DNA of 60,518 nucleotides, taken from positions 128,001 to 188,518 of the IMG/VR virus record IMGVR_UViG_3300027509_000001, one strand, 5' to 3'. This document shows positions 29,669-38,947 of this stretch, in pieces. The first letter of the stretch is position 1, and the number at the start of each line of letters is the position of its first letter. Below the pieces are notes generated by a model. That model worked only from the letters and a program-made list of their open reading frames with translations, searched no databases and was not told the origin of the DNA. The translations under genes were made by a program, and so were the position numbers. The DNA comes from a virus (Duplodnaviria; Heunggongvirae; Uroviricota; Caudoviricetes).

Positions 29669-29741
29669 TGGAGCCACCGATGAACGATATCGGATCTGCT
29701 GGGTGCAAGCCAACTATTTTAGCCAATTAAACTATGGCCCC
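29669..29741 (-). tRNA. tRNA-Ala(UGC), atypical T-loop ATCGTTC
   Basis: G3:U70; GTTGG-CTTGCAC-CCAGC. Confidence 0.85.
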
Positions 29742-29802
29742 GTAAGTAAAATATTTAGGAAACTACTAATAACCAGTATTAATCTAAATATTTTACTAAA
29801 TA

Positions 29803-29887
29803 GTGGAAATAGATGGAATTGAACCAACTCAGCCGTTAGGCAGATGTTTTACAGACACCTCCGGCTCTCCAACTCCGGCGTATTTCC
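29803..29887 (-). tRNA. tRNA-Tyr(GUA)
   Basis: GGTGT-CTGTAAA-ACATC; long variable arm. Confidence 0.9.
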
Positions 29888-29919
29888 ATTTTTCAAAATT
29901 TAGCTTATCTTTTTAAACT

Positions 29920-29953
29920 AAAAAAGCCCCTTAAAAATTAAATTAAGAGGCTT
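29920..29953 (-). terminator. intrinsic terminator (attenuator) upstream of the tRNA array
   Basis: AAGCCTCTTAA/TTAAGGGGCTT stem ending in U6, about 32 nt before tRNA-Tyr. Confidence 0.8.
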
Positions 29954-29978
29954 TAAATAAATTCTTTTAAAATTTACA

Positions 29979-30083
29979 TTAAACCTCTATTTGATCCGAC
30001 GCTTTATAACCAAAGATTACAGGAGACCAACTTAACGGTTGCAGATTACGCCCATGTCTTTGATTGTTATGTAAATTTTTCAT
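29979..30083 (-). CDS. 34-aa leader peptide MKNLHNNQRHGRNLQPLSWSPVIFGYKASDQIEV (putative attenuator)
   Basis: sits between promoter and terminator; last codons and stop form the 5' arm of an antiterminator. Confidence 0.7.
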   Translation of the reverse strand: MKNLHNNQRHGRNLQPLSWSPVIFGYKASDQIEV

Positions 30084-30144
30084 ATTGTTTTGTTTAAATC
30101 TAAGTACAAACTAATAATATATAGTATTAGTTATTTAATTTATA

Positions 30145-30176
30145 CAAATATAAGTAAAGTTTTTCACTTGTGCAAA
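30145..30176 (-). promoter_or_regulatory. Bacteroidota sigmaA-type promoter of the tRNA operon
   Basis: TTTG-N20-TATATTTG. Confidence 0.75.
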
Positions 30177-30212
30177 TATTTTGATAAATTTATTTTAAAA
30201 TATTTATCCAAT

Positions 30213-30470
30213 TCATTTTATTATTTTATTAATATACCAATATTTTATTTTATTTTTCAATTGTTCAAGTTGCGATGCTGTTTTACGCATAACGTCAGAC
30301 GCTTTCTTGATAATCTTGGAATTATCGTTTTCGCTGCCTTCATCCGCCTCTAACAACTTTTCCATTGCAATTCTTACGTCTTCGTAACGTTTTGACAATG
30401 AATATGTAATTTTAGAATCTGTTGATTCTTTTAATTTGACTTTTGCTTCTTTCCAAATTTGCTTATTCAT
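30213..30470 (-). CDS. small protein with MNKQIWKEA leader (putative internal head protein)
   Basis: shared N-terminal motif. Confidence 0.6.
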   Translation of the reverse strand: MNKQIWKEAKVKLKESTDSKITYSLSKRYEDVRIAMEKLLEADEGSENDNSKIIKKASDVMRKTASQLEQLKNKIKYWYINKIIK

Positions 30471-30679
30471 TATTCTGATTTAGTTTTTATTTGAGATTCT
30501 ACATATTGAGTATATTTTGCTTTAATCCAATCCCAATTTCTTGTCATGAATACACCAAGTGCAAACGTTGAAATAAAAGACTTGCCTAGTATAAATGCTA
30601 CAACGAATATTGCACCCCATGTAAAAGCCGCTAGTCCAGTACTAGTAAAAATTGATTTGATTTTGTTAAACCATTCCAT
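30470..30679 (-). CDS. small two-TM membrane protein
   Basis: hydrophobic segments. Confidence 0.55.
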   Translation of the reverse strand: MEWFNKIKSIFTSTGLAAFTWGAIFVVAFILGKSFISTFALGVFMTRNWDWIKAKYTQYVESQIKTKSE

Positions 30680-30819
30680 AATATTAATTTCCTTTTTTGA
30701 TTTTTTGATACCGCCTATTATTGTTTATAATATATAATCCCATCAATGCAATTATTTTCATTTGAATTCCAATAATAAAAAGTAAATCCATAGTTACTAT
30801 TAAATAGTCAATAAATTAA

Positions 30820-31137
30820 TTAAACCGATATAAAGTCAGCGGATTTAATTGCATCCTCTAACCATTCTTCTTTATCTGATATATCTTCATTAGTACCAAA
30901 ATATATCATAATATCTTTTAAATGATCCCAATCTAAAGATTTTAAAATCGCCATTGCCATCTCTTTGTCTTTCATTACTATGTCAATTTCGTCATACCAA
31001 TCAGATGATCCTATTTCTATTTCATTTCTAGAACATATTAATTCTGCTCTAATTTCTGCTAAAGACCTTAATGGTATATGGTATATCGTTCCGTCATTTG
31101 GAAATTCAATCTGTATTGTATTTGTATTTATCGTCAT
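30820..31137 (-). CDS. hypothetical acidic protein
   Basis: ORF; likely start at MTINTN. Confidence 0.55.
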   Translation of the reverse strand: MTINTNTIQIEFPNDGTIYHIPLRSLAEIRAELICSRNEIEIGSSDWYDEIDIVMKDKEMAMAILKSLDWDHLKDIMIYFGTNEDISDKEEWLEDAIKSADFISV

Positions 31138-31147
31138 AATGTCATCT

Positions 31148-31678
31148 CTATTTATTATAATTAACAACAGTGACGTCAATTAAGTGGAATTCTTCTGAAA
31201 TAATTTGCTTGAGTATTTCTTTGTCTCCGCCTGCTAGTCCACATCCTATCCATGGCATAATTAATTTTGTATTAGGATGTAATTTTTCAATTTTCCTAAA
31301 GCAAAGTCTAATAGCCTCATAATCTACTGGTATATTATATGGGTAAGTAGATAATGTATTATCGTTAACTTTCTTCCTAGGAAATAATTGCGTATAACAG
31401 TTATAGACCTTTATTGTCGGATTATCTAATGTAAATGGTAAGTTTGTAAGCGAATGATTCCAAATCCCGTTAGATCGCATGAAATGCCTTCCATCGATAG
31501 TACCTAATTTATTTATATCTGACTTTCGTTCGAAGGGAAATTGGTTAGTTTGAAATAATTTGACAAATTGAAGAGCAATTCCCTTCTTTTGTTTACAAAC
31601 ACAATTACACCCCTGAATAATAATGTCATATTCATGGATTAAAATTTCATTAAATATATCTCCTTCAATGATTTTCAT
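31148..31678 (-). CDS. macrodomain ADP-ribose-processing protein
   Basis: IIEGDIF; QGCNC..GIA; PWIGCGLAGGD. Confidence 0.85.
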   Translation of the reverse strand: MKIIEGDIFNEILIHEYDIIIQGCNCVCKQKKGIALQFVKLFQTNQFPFERKSDINKLGTIDGRHFMRSNGIWNHSLTNLPFTLDNPTIKVYNCYTQLFPRKKVNDNTLSTYPYNIPVDYEAIRLCFRKIEKLHPNTKLIMPWIGCGLAGGDKEILKQIISEEFHLIDVTVVNYNK

Positions 31679-31681
31679 TTT

Positions 31682-32068
31682 TTAATTGTATTTCATTACT
31701 TTCAATTGATCTTCGCTTGGACTCCAATTCCCTAATAAATAATCTATAAGCCAATCATGTAAATTGTCGTAAGGTGGCATATTAACATTCATGCCAATAA
31801 AATTATTAGTTCTAAACGATATTCCTAAATGCCGAAAATTAACAGACCATATTTCATTTGTTCTGGAGTCATAACTTGAATCTGTATATTTTATACTATA
31901 ACCATGGGCAAGAACAGATTCGTTAATATTAGGGTATTGTAATTTTAATGATCTTTGTGCATTCTCTCCTCTCCAGGCTGCAAATTTGTGAATCCTTTTA
32001 ACCATTAATAATATGTTAGAATGTTGGAGTGAACTTAGTCCCTTAATAGTTTTATTTTCATTTCGCAT
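31682..32068 (-). CDS. hypothetical protein
   Basis: ORF track. Confidence 0.5.
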   Translation of the reverse strand: MRNENKTIKGLSSLQHSNILLMVKRIHKFAAWRGENAQRSLKLQYPNINESVLAHGYSIKYTDSSYDSRTNEIWSVNFRHLGISFRTNNFIGMNVNMPPYDNLHDWLIDYLLGNWSPSEDQLKVMKYN

Positions 32069-32548
32069 TTAAAAAATTGATTATCCGATAGGCATAATTC
32101 CTTCCCAAGCCAAATTGCCAATCAGTGTTAAAAAAATTATTCCTTTGACTAAAAAGCATATCAGAATCGTCATCTATAATTACATATGATCTGAATTTAT
32201 GAGGTTCATAATTATTGTCTTTTAACCATTTATATATTTCAAGGCCTCTTGGTGTTTTAACGTTGGGAACGTAAATAGATTCGGTTTTTCCTATTACTTC
32301 TCCGGTAATGTTAACTCGCTTAAATAAATCTATTAATTCAGATATACTTCTAGTCTTTCTCCATGATGAACTTATAACAATTTTAGCCTCAGTCTTATCG
32401 GTAATTTTATTTAAATTAGTAACTAATTCTGGGTCGAATTGTGCTTCTTCATATTCTTCAACTGATTCCGATCTCATTCTTTCGACTTTATTGGACTTGT
32501 ATTTAACACTCCATCTATGTCTAGAAATATTAACTTGTTATTCTCCAT
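32058..32548 (-). pseudogene. HAD phosphatase of Swiss-Army-knife RNA-repair type, with one frameshift
   Basis: ATG 32548 gives IFLDIDGVLN; IVISSSWR, RG.EI..W and YVIIDD are in the adjacent frame (shift near 32495). Confidence 0.7.
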
Positions 32549-33617
32549 ATATAGATTTTTGAATTAAATCGAAAAACCCAATCCTAGCCTCAGAACCTAT
32601 TCTAGATTTAACATCTTCCCAATCTAAAGATAATTCACTTAATAAACCAGATTCTTCATCAAATACATCTTTTTGTACCCATTGTATTACATCTCTAGTC
32701 TTTTCTTTACCAGGAACTACATTCTCAAATAATTGATGAATAGCTTGATCTACTCGATTGATAATGTCTATAGAAGAAACGAACTGATTAATATTAGCCA
32801 ACTTTACGGGACCTAGTTTGACATCTTTTTTAGGTCCTTTATTTTTAGATACCTTTTTATGCTTTTCTCCTTTGGTTTTAAAGCTAATTCGATTTCTTTC
32901 TCCTTTATAGTTGGTTATAAAACAATTCCAAACAATTCCTTCTCCCAAACCAATAATGCCAAAATGTTCGGCGACGGGGCATTTATCTTCAACCTTTGCA
33001 ATTATCTTATTAAAATACTCCCTAGCCTCAATTGGATTGTTGAGATCACATTTAAATTTAAAAGTTTTAAATTGGTAAATATTCCATATTCTTTCATTAT
33101 CAATTGAAATATATTTCCAGACTTCAGGATCTATCCAATATGCAGCCCCTTCTTCCGGGGTTACTTTTATTCCAAATATAAAAAACATTTTATGGGGCAA
33201 TTGAGATATTGCCACTTTTTTCTGTACGCCATTTCCACACCATTCTCCATATATTGAATATGTTGCGTTTGCATCAAACATTTCATTGGATTCAACAGCC
33301 ACTTCAAATAAAAACCGAGTCATTGCCTGCTTAGATTCGGGAATATTCATAAATGCATGAAATCCAAAATGACCTGTTATTGTACCCTCTTTTGAAGCAG
33401 TTGTTCTCTTCTGTGTCCAATATTCATCGCCTTTAAAGCAAACTGCCGCATGTGTACCATGAAGCTTGACAGTACCTTCTACGTCTAAAGTAGGTAATGG
33501 TGTCAATTCAAATATTGGGTTATTATCTTTATCTAAGCCCTTAAACTCTTTTTTCTGTTTAAAGTCCTTATAAAAATTATCAAATGATTTAATTTTTGGA
33601 AATGCTATAAATTTCAT
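32538..33617 (-). CDS. RNA ligase, Rnl2-like
   Basis: TVKLHGT motif I; YGEWCG; FFIFGI; GEGIVW; FKTKG. Confidence 0.8.
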   Translation of the reverse strand: MKFIAFPKIKSFDNFYKDFKQKKEFKGLDKDNNPIFELTPLPTLDVEGTVKLHGTHAAVCFKGDEYWTQKRTTASKEGTITGHFGFHAFMNIPESKQAMTRFLFEVAVESNEMFDANATYSIYGEWCGNGVQKKVAISQLPHKMFFIFGIKVTPEEGAAYWIDPEVWKYISIDNERIWNIYQFKTFKFKCDLNNPIEAREYFNKIIAKVEDKCPVAEHFGIIGLGEGIVWNCFITNYKGERNRISFKTKGEKHKKVSKNKGPKKDVKLGPVKLANINQFVSSIDIINRVDQAIHQLFENVVPGKEKTRDVIQWVQKDVFDEESGLLSELSLDWEDVKSRIGSEARIGFFDLIQKSIYGE

Positions 33618-33631
33618 ATGAAGTTGTTTTT

Positions 33632-34189
33632 TTATAATTTAATTAATTCATTTAATTTTCCCCACATATATGTTTCAAATGGATGTGGATTTTTAACAGT
33701 TAAATTATTCTTAAAACCTAAAAATTCCTTTTTGTATTTATTAAACATGGAACCTCCTTCCATACGAGAGTGGGCCATATTTGCATATCTGTCTATTAAT
33801 TTTGCAATTCGACTTAATGTGTTAGATTTAATTCTTTCATAATTTTTCCTTTCATCTCTATTCTTGCCAGGATCATCTGAAATACAAAATACGCCATCGG
33901 CTACAATTTCTCCAAAAAATTTCCTAATGTCATTATAAGACATTCTACCATCTTCCAATGCATCATGTAAAATTATTACACATCTTAGTTCTTCTAGTCC
34001 CGCTCGTTCTTTTGGAAAAATATACTCAATTGTTTGTATTTCATCGAAAAAATAATCAACCATTTGTTCATATATTGCGTCGCAATCTTTCAGATGTTTG
34101 ATATACGTAAATGGGCCATAATACTGACCAACATGTTGTTTCTCAGCCATTAGCCAAGCCATTTCTACTTTATTTGTCAATTTTAGCAT
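33632..34189 (-). CDS. HD-domain small alarmone (p)ppGpp hydrolase-like protein
   Basis: AEKQH.GQ..YIKHL; LHDALED; KLIDR..N. Confidence 0.75.
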   Translation of the reverse strand: MLKLTNKVEMAWLMAEKQHVGQYYGPFTYIKHLKDCDAIYEQMVDYFFDEIQTIEYIFPKERAGLEELRCVIILHDALEDGRMSYNDIRKFFGEIVADGVFCISDDPGKNRDERKNYERIKSNTLSRIAKLIDRYANMAHSRMEGGSMFNKYKKEFLGFKNNLTVKNPHPFETYMWGKLNELIKL

Positions 34190-34775
34190 CTTTAAGTTTT
34201 TTTAGACGTTTAACTTCAGCAGCAGATCTGAATAATAATTCGTTTAAATATTCTGCTTGATATCTACAATCATCAATAGCTATATGTTTAGTTCCTTTGA
34301 ATTCAACTGTTGGCTCACCTTTTAATTGTTTCAATGTTCTAATGTCGCTAGCTAAACGATAATGATATGGCATTTTATAACCAAGCTGATGAGTAATATT
34401 TCTTAAAATTGGGTCGTCAAATGATCCATGCTGCCATATGGCACGTATTTTATAATCTTTCCTAAGTTCAGTTAGCCACAATTCAAATTCAGTAATTACA
34501 TCTGCTAAATTCTTACTGTTTTTTTGATTAAATGCATCATCTCTGGCTTCTTGAGCGCATTCTTTTGATAACCACCATAATATTGTTGAATATGTTGGTT
34601 TAAAATCATAACGTTGTAAATCTTTTACATTAATGTTCAGCGTAAAATCGTCTACAATTTGGAATTCTTTTTTTGCCAACCATGCAACCGCAGCAATTTG
34701 AACTGGAGGAGCTTGAGTGGTATTTCCTAAAGTCTCGAAATCAAATGTTACGTAAATATCTTTTTTCTTTTTCAT
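34170..34775 (-). CDS. DEDDh 3'-5' exo(ribo)nuclease
   Basis: FDFETLG; SFDDPIL; HIAIDD. Confidence 0.8.
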   Translation of the reverse strand: MKKKKDIYVTFDFETLGNTTQAPPVQIAAVAWLAKKEFQIVDDFTLNINVKDLQRYDFKPTYSTILWWLSKECAQEARDDAFNQKNSKNLADVITEFELWLTELRKDYKIRAIWQHGSFDDPILRNITHQLGYKMPYHYRLASDIRTLKQLKGEPTVEFKGTKHIAIDDCRYQAEYLNELLFRSAAEVKRLKKLKDAKIDK

Positions 34776-34777
34776 AT

Positions 34778-35512
34778 TTAACTTGTTTGTGCATCATGAT
34801 GATCTGACATTAACAACCTTTCTTTTCTAAGCAACATCATCTTTTTTATTTCATCAACATGAAACATTGAATATTCACCAAATAATCTAAATTTATTATC
34901 GACACCCACATCAGTAGTTCGGTGTAAATTATAAAATTTGTTAACAGGATGCAATCCCCCTTCGTTAATATTTTCTAAACCATTATGACTGTGTCCATGT
35001 AATTGAATGGCGCCATGATGACTTTTGTTCCAGATCCTTTCTGCATAATGAGATAACGTAGAACGAATTCCGCCAATTCTAAAAAACTGTTTTAAGGTAA
35101 CTTCGGTAAATAAATCTTGCAAATAAATAGCATTTGGAAATCTAACATGTACATCTTCAATTAAGTCCAATGGAATTGGTCTATTTTTCATGATTAGTTC
35201 GTCATGATTTCCTAGGCTTAATATAATATTATTACAATTGATTCTTAATCTGGACTTTATGATATTTTCTATTCCGCCAAACGACCAGTCTCCGCCATGG
35301 CGTATTAAATCATTTTGTTTGGCTTGAGAATTAATATTTGCTATTAATTCGTCGGTCATAATATACTGATTTAAATAATCCCGGCCGCGAAATGATTTTC
35401 CGAGATCCCTTCGATCCTTTGGGTCATGTTCATGGCCTCCGGGCCATCTAGATGATCCTTTGCAAATATTTTTATGATAAAAATGTGTATCGCTTGTTAC
35501 CCAAGTATTCAT
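34778..35512 (-). CDS. calcineurin-like metallophosphoesterase
   Basis: SDTHFYH; GDW; GNHD; HGHSH. Confidence 0.85.
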   Translation of the reverse strand: MNTWVTSDTHFYHKNICKGSSRWPGGHEHDPKDRRDLGKSFRGRDYLNQYIMTDELIANINSQAKQNDLIRHGGDWSFGGIENIIKSRLRINCNNIILSLGNHDELIMKNRPIPLDLIEDVHVRFPNAIYLQDLFTEVTLKQFFRIGGIRSTLSHYAERIWNKSHHGAIQLHGHSHNGLENINEGGLHPVNKFYNLHRTTDVGVDNKFRLFGEYSMFHVDEIKKMMLLRKERLLMSDHHDAQTS

Positions 35513-35566
35513 TGCTTTAATTTTAATTAAAACAAATATATAACTAAATTATCACAATATCAAATA

Positions 35567-36082
35567 TTACACACTTAATTTCTGAATAGATTTATGATTT
35601 TTTAATGCGTCGTCAATATATTGTGGTTCAATCTCAATAGATTTATTTCTTAACGACTCGACATATTCAGCGCCTTTTAATGTACATAAATTATATAATG
35701 TTCCAGCTGGAATTAAATATATGTGATTATGTTCGAACTCTTGTTGACTGGTTATATTCATTAAATCCCCACGTAATACGGTAATATATGTATCATAATC
35801 ATTCATAGTTAATAAGTTACTAGAATATTTCGATTCAATGGAAATTCTATGATATATAAGTTCTTCTTCTGATGGAAGATACATCCTTGTAACCGTTTTA
35901 TTTCCTATTTTAAATGATGAATTATAAGGTTGTAAATTAAAATCTCTAAATTTATTAACAATTACTTTGTCCCTAGAATTGGGATCAAGGTTATACATAG
36001 CTATTTCTGAGTCTGCCCAAGTTGCATATGTTTTAAAAAAATTGTGTTTAAGGTCTTTTAGTAATTGATCATTTAGTGTCAT
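35567..36082 (-). CDS. hypothetical protein, degenerate cupin-like
   Basis: ITVLRGDL..LIPAGT. Confidence 0.5.
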   Translation of the reverse strand: MTLNDQLLKDLKHNFFKTYATWADSEIAMYNLDPNSRDKVIVNKFRDFNLQPYNSSFKIGNKTVTRMYLPSEEELIYHRISIESKYSSNLLTMNDYDTYITVLRGDLMNITSQQEFEHNHIYLIPAGTLYNLCTLKGAEYVESLRNKSIEIEPQYIDDALKNHKSIQKLSV

Positions 36083-36476
36083 TAGATGTGTCTTTAGATA
36101 ACTGTGAATTAATAGTGCCTTCCAACGAATTAATTCGAACTTGTAATTCAGAATTCCTTGTCGTTAATATTAAATTCTTCTTATTAGATTCTTCTAATTT
36201 AATTGACAAATCTCCAAATTTTTGAGAAAACTCTTTACGTTGAGATATTAGCTTTTCGCTAAGCTCTTCGAATGATTTATTTAACCTTTCAATAGTTTCT
36301 ATGGAACTATGGCTAATACGTTTAACCGTATCATGTTCTGTTCCTGTTACAACTACTTCTTCTTTTCTTTTTCTAAGTTTGTTAAAGGCAAATGTGGACA
36401 TTCCTGTTACAATAGTAGTCACTAACGTTGTTACCAACGGGTAATTTTTCATTAACCATATTAGACTTTCCATCAT
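36069..36476 (-). CDS. membrane-anchored coiled-coil protein (holin-like topology)
   Basis: one N-terminal TM helix plus coiled coil. Confidence 0.5.
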   Translation of the reverse strand: MMESLIWLMKNYPLVTTLVTTIVTGMSTFAFNKLRKRKEEVVVTGTEHDTVKRISHSSIETIERLNKSFEELSEKLISQRKEFSQKFGDLSIKLEESNKKNLILTTRNSELQVRINSLEGTINSQLSKDTSNDTK

Positions 36477-36537
36477 TGAGAATTATTCCATTATCATGTT
36501 TATGTATATACATAGCTACGTCGTCTAGAAACCAAAT

Positions 36538-37536
36538 TTAAAATGACCCATAATAAACCTGGAAACAATCCAGTCCCATATTCCTCCAATGATCAATCAT
36601 CATGTCACGGTCATCAAGAACAAAGCCTACTCTATATTGGTCTTTAATATGCCTATCAAACATTTCCTGTTTTACAATTGTATCTTTCCTAGTGTCTCCA
36701 GGTTTCCTCATTGAAAGTAAGTGGTAATCAATGTGATTGTCACCGAGCCATTTCTTTGTAGCTTCCAAGCCCCCATTATCAGAGTTTCTTCCAGAAAATA
36801 AAAATATTTTATGATCTTGTAATTCACTATAGGCAGCTAAGACACTTGCTACAGATTCATTGACTTTATCAGTTCCACAAGCTGCTCCATCGTATGGACT
36901 TCTTCCATCCATTAAAGATAATGTACCATCTAAGTCACATATTATGCACCATGGTAAATCCGACTTTCCTGTATTATACCTATTGTTTTTAATTGTTCGT
37001 GGATCAATATTATTATTTGGTTGGTTGTAAATCTTAGGATTCTCTGGCCACCATGATAATGAATTAAACCCCATGTATCTTCCAGACTTATATCCATTTT
37101 GTCTAAGTCCGTTTGGTAAATTTTTATACTCTGCAAATTGTTTTTCTATAAGTTCTTTGCCAACTGATCTGGTTCTTTGTTGATCTCTCTGTATACAAGT
37201 CTTCTTATCCGTGTCGAATAATAATACTTTTATTGGAAGGTTATATACTTTCCATTTATTAATATGTGATGCCCTTAGATTAGTGTTGTCGACAATTACA
37301 GATTCGCCTGAATTTATAGCAGTAGACATAATCTTATCAAATATAACAGTAATCTCCTTCTCAGTTTGATATATGTTGCCAGTATAATATTTATGAACCG
37401 TTTCTTCTGTGTAACCAAAATACATACATCTAAGAGAATCCCTTGAAATAATTCTTGCAGTTGGTAATTTTGATATGTAAGTAGATTTACCAGAACCGCT
37501 TGGTCCGGACAAAACTATTATTTCTTGTTGTTTCAT
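36538..37536 (-). CDS. pseT: polynucleotide 5'-kinase/3'-phosphatase
   Basis: GPSGSGKST P-loop; SRD; DNTNL; HAD CDLDGT, SGR, DDR. Confidence 0.9.
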   Translation of the reverse strand: MKQQEIIVLSGPSGSGKSTYISKLPTARIISRDSLRCMYFGYTEETVHKYYTGNIYQTEKEITVIFDKIMSTAINSGESVIVDNTNLRASHINKWKVYNLPIKVLLFDTDKKTCIQRDQQRTRSVGKELIEKQFAEYKNLPNGLRQNGYKSGRYMGFNSLSWWPENPKIYNQPNNNIDPRTIKNNRYNTGKSDLPWCIICDLDGTLSLMDGRSPYDGAACGTDKVNESVASVLAAYSELQDHKIFLFSGRNSDNGGLEATKKWLGDNHIDYHLLSMRKPGDTRKDTIVKQEMFDRHIKDQYRVGFVLDDRDMMIDHWRNMGLDCFQVYYGSF

Positions 37537-38678
37537 AATATATTTATTCTTTCTGGTTTAATATTTTTTATTGCAAGTTGCCTAATATCTTCTGGGACTT
37601 GAGCTCCTGCCCCTTTAAAGTCTCTTAGTTTATATAATACGCCTGCGCTGATATTTGCTTTTCCTGATAATAAAGAGTTAACTCTTAATGCATATTGTTT
37701 ATTAAAATCAGACGCATTGGAATCTAAATTCCAAATAATTTCATCTCGATGTCTAATATGCTTCATTATAAAGTCTTTATATGACTTCTTTAAGATGTTT
37801 AGATAATCTGTTATTTTATTATAGCATTCATCTGGAACCGCTTCTAGAAAATCATTAATAGTGTTGTCTTTATAACATTCCCAAATTTTACAAGAATTAA
37901 TATCAGATAATAGCCAATGCAATTTGATATAATTTTCAAATTTAATTTTAACACGTTTACCATCTGGCCAGCAAATTACATACCCTTCTTCATTTTGAAT
38001 GTCTTTCGATTTTAAGTCTAAAAGAAATTCATTTAGGTCTTTGAATTCCTTGTCAACGAGCAATGGCAATGGCTTAACTACATGTTCAAATGAATCTGTT
38101 AACTTAGTTGATTTTAAGGCTATATCCCTACCTGTTTGATTATTGGTAATGCCAAGTAGTACTGCCTTAGATTCTCCTTTGTAATCTAATACTATCCGAT
38201 TTTCCTTGAAAATTAATTCAAATAAATAAGTATAATTTGGAGTTCTAGGAATTTTATTAAAATTGAAATTATCATTTGCATATTCTTTAAACCAAATAGC
38301 TTGTTCTGATCTAAACGATCCTCTAGATGCAAATACCCATTCGTTGTTATACATGAACATAATTCCTAGGCTACCATCTTCTTTGGTGTAAATGTCTAAT
38401 TCATTGTGATGGACTTTCCAATTAATTGGTTGTACTTTCTGAATTAATGGATCAGTATATTCTTCCCAATTAAAAAATTTAGGAAATGATTTAGCAATAA
38501 TATTACCACTGTCGTCTGTTACTAAACCTCTACAATTAATTGTAATGTCATCCCAAGATTTATCGTATGCAGTTAACCTACTATAATTCCATATAGTTAA
38601 TGGTAAAGAATCGTGTCGGCTTGAAATTAATTTCTTATCGATTTCATATTGACGTAATAAATTTATATCTAGTTTCAT
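37533..38678 (-). CDS. rnlA: RNA ligase 1 (T4 RnlA-like)
   Basis: CRGL; KFFN; KEDGS; SRGSF; EGYV; KIK. Confidence 0.9.
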   Translation of the reverse strand: MKLDINLLRQYEIDKKLISSRHDSLPLTIWNYSRLTAYDKSWDDITINCRGLVTDDSGNIIAKSFPKFFNWEEYTDPLIQKVQPINWKVHHNELDIYTKEDGSLGIMFMYNNEWVFASRGSFRSEQAIWFKEYANDNFNFNKIPRTPNYTYLFELIFKENRIVLDYKGESKAVLLGITNNQTGRDIALKSTKLTDSFEHVVKPLPLLVDKEFKDLNEFLLDLKSKDIQNEEGYVICWPDGKRVKIKFENYIKLHWLLSDINSCKIWECYKDNTINDFLEAVPDECYNKITDYLNILKKSYKDFIMKHIRHRDEIIWNLDSNASDFNKQYALRVNSLLSGKANISAGVLYKLRDFKGAGAQVPEDIRQLAIKNIKPERINIL

Positions 38679-38692
38679 ATTTTAATCAATTT

Positions 38693-38947
38693 TTAAAATA
38701 TTTGATTGTTTATTGAATTCTGCCACCACTCGTTAAATGGAATTATTTCGTAAGTAAATTCATCACTGCCAGCTGGTAAGGTTAATCCCTTATAAGTTAT
38801 TTCCCATTGACCATCTTCCATATTTTCAATAATTAATTCTAAGAAATACGCCCACTCGTCAATATCGTTGGTTTCAATTGGTTGAGAATGATAATCATGA
38901 TAAGTACATCCATCTCCGTCTCCCCAAAATAAAATATATTTTTTCAT
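38693..38947 (-). CDS. hypothetical acidic protein
   Basis: ORF track. Confidence 0.55.
   Translation of the reverse strand: MKKYILFWGDGDGCTYHDYHSQPIETNDIDEWAYFLELIIENMEDGQWEITYKGLTLPAGSDEFTYEIIPFNEWWQNSINNQIF

Noticed and set aside
28503-29730. ORFs 28503..28703, 28606..28800, 29419..29730 and the N-terminal half of 29076..29582
   Set aside because: They read through tRNA genes; only the GIY-YIG part from 29339 looks protein-like.
24089-29887. Stop-codon reassignment or suppressor tRNA
   Set aside because: Long genes are intact in code 11, TAA/TAG/TGA all terminate genes, and no CUA/UCA/UUA anticodon was found.
24089-29887. tRNA-associated HDV-like (theta) ribozymes
   Set aside because: The 3' trailers I inspected are short and AT-rich; no nested double pseudoknot could be built by eye. 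A covariance search would be decisive.
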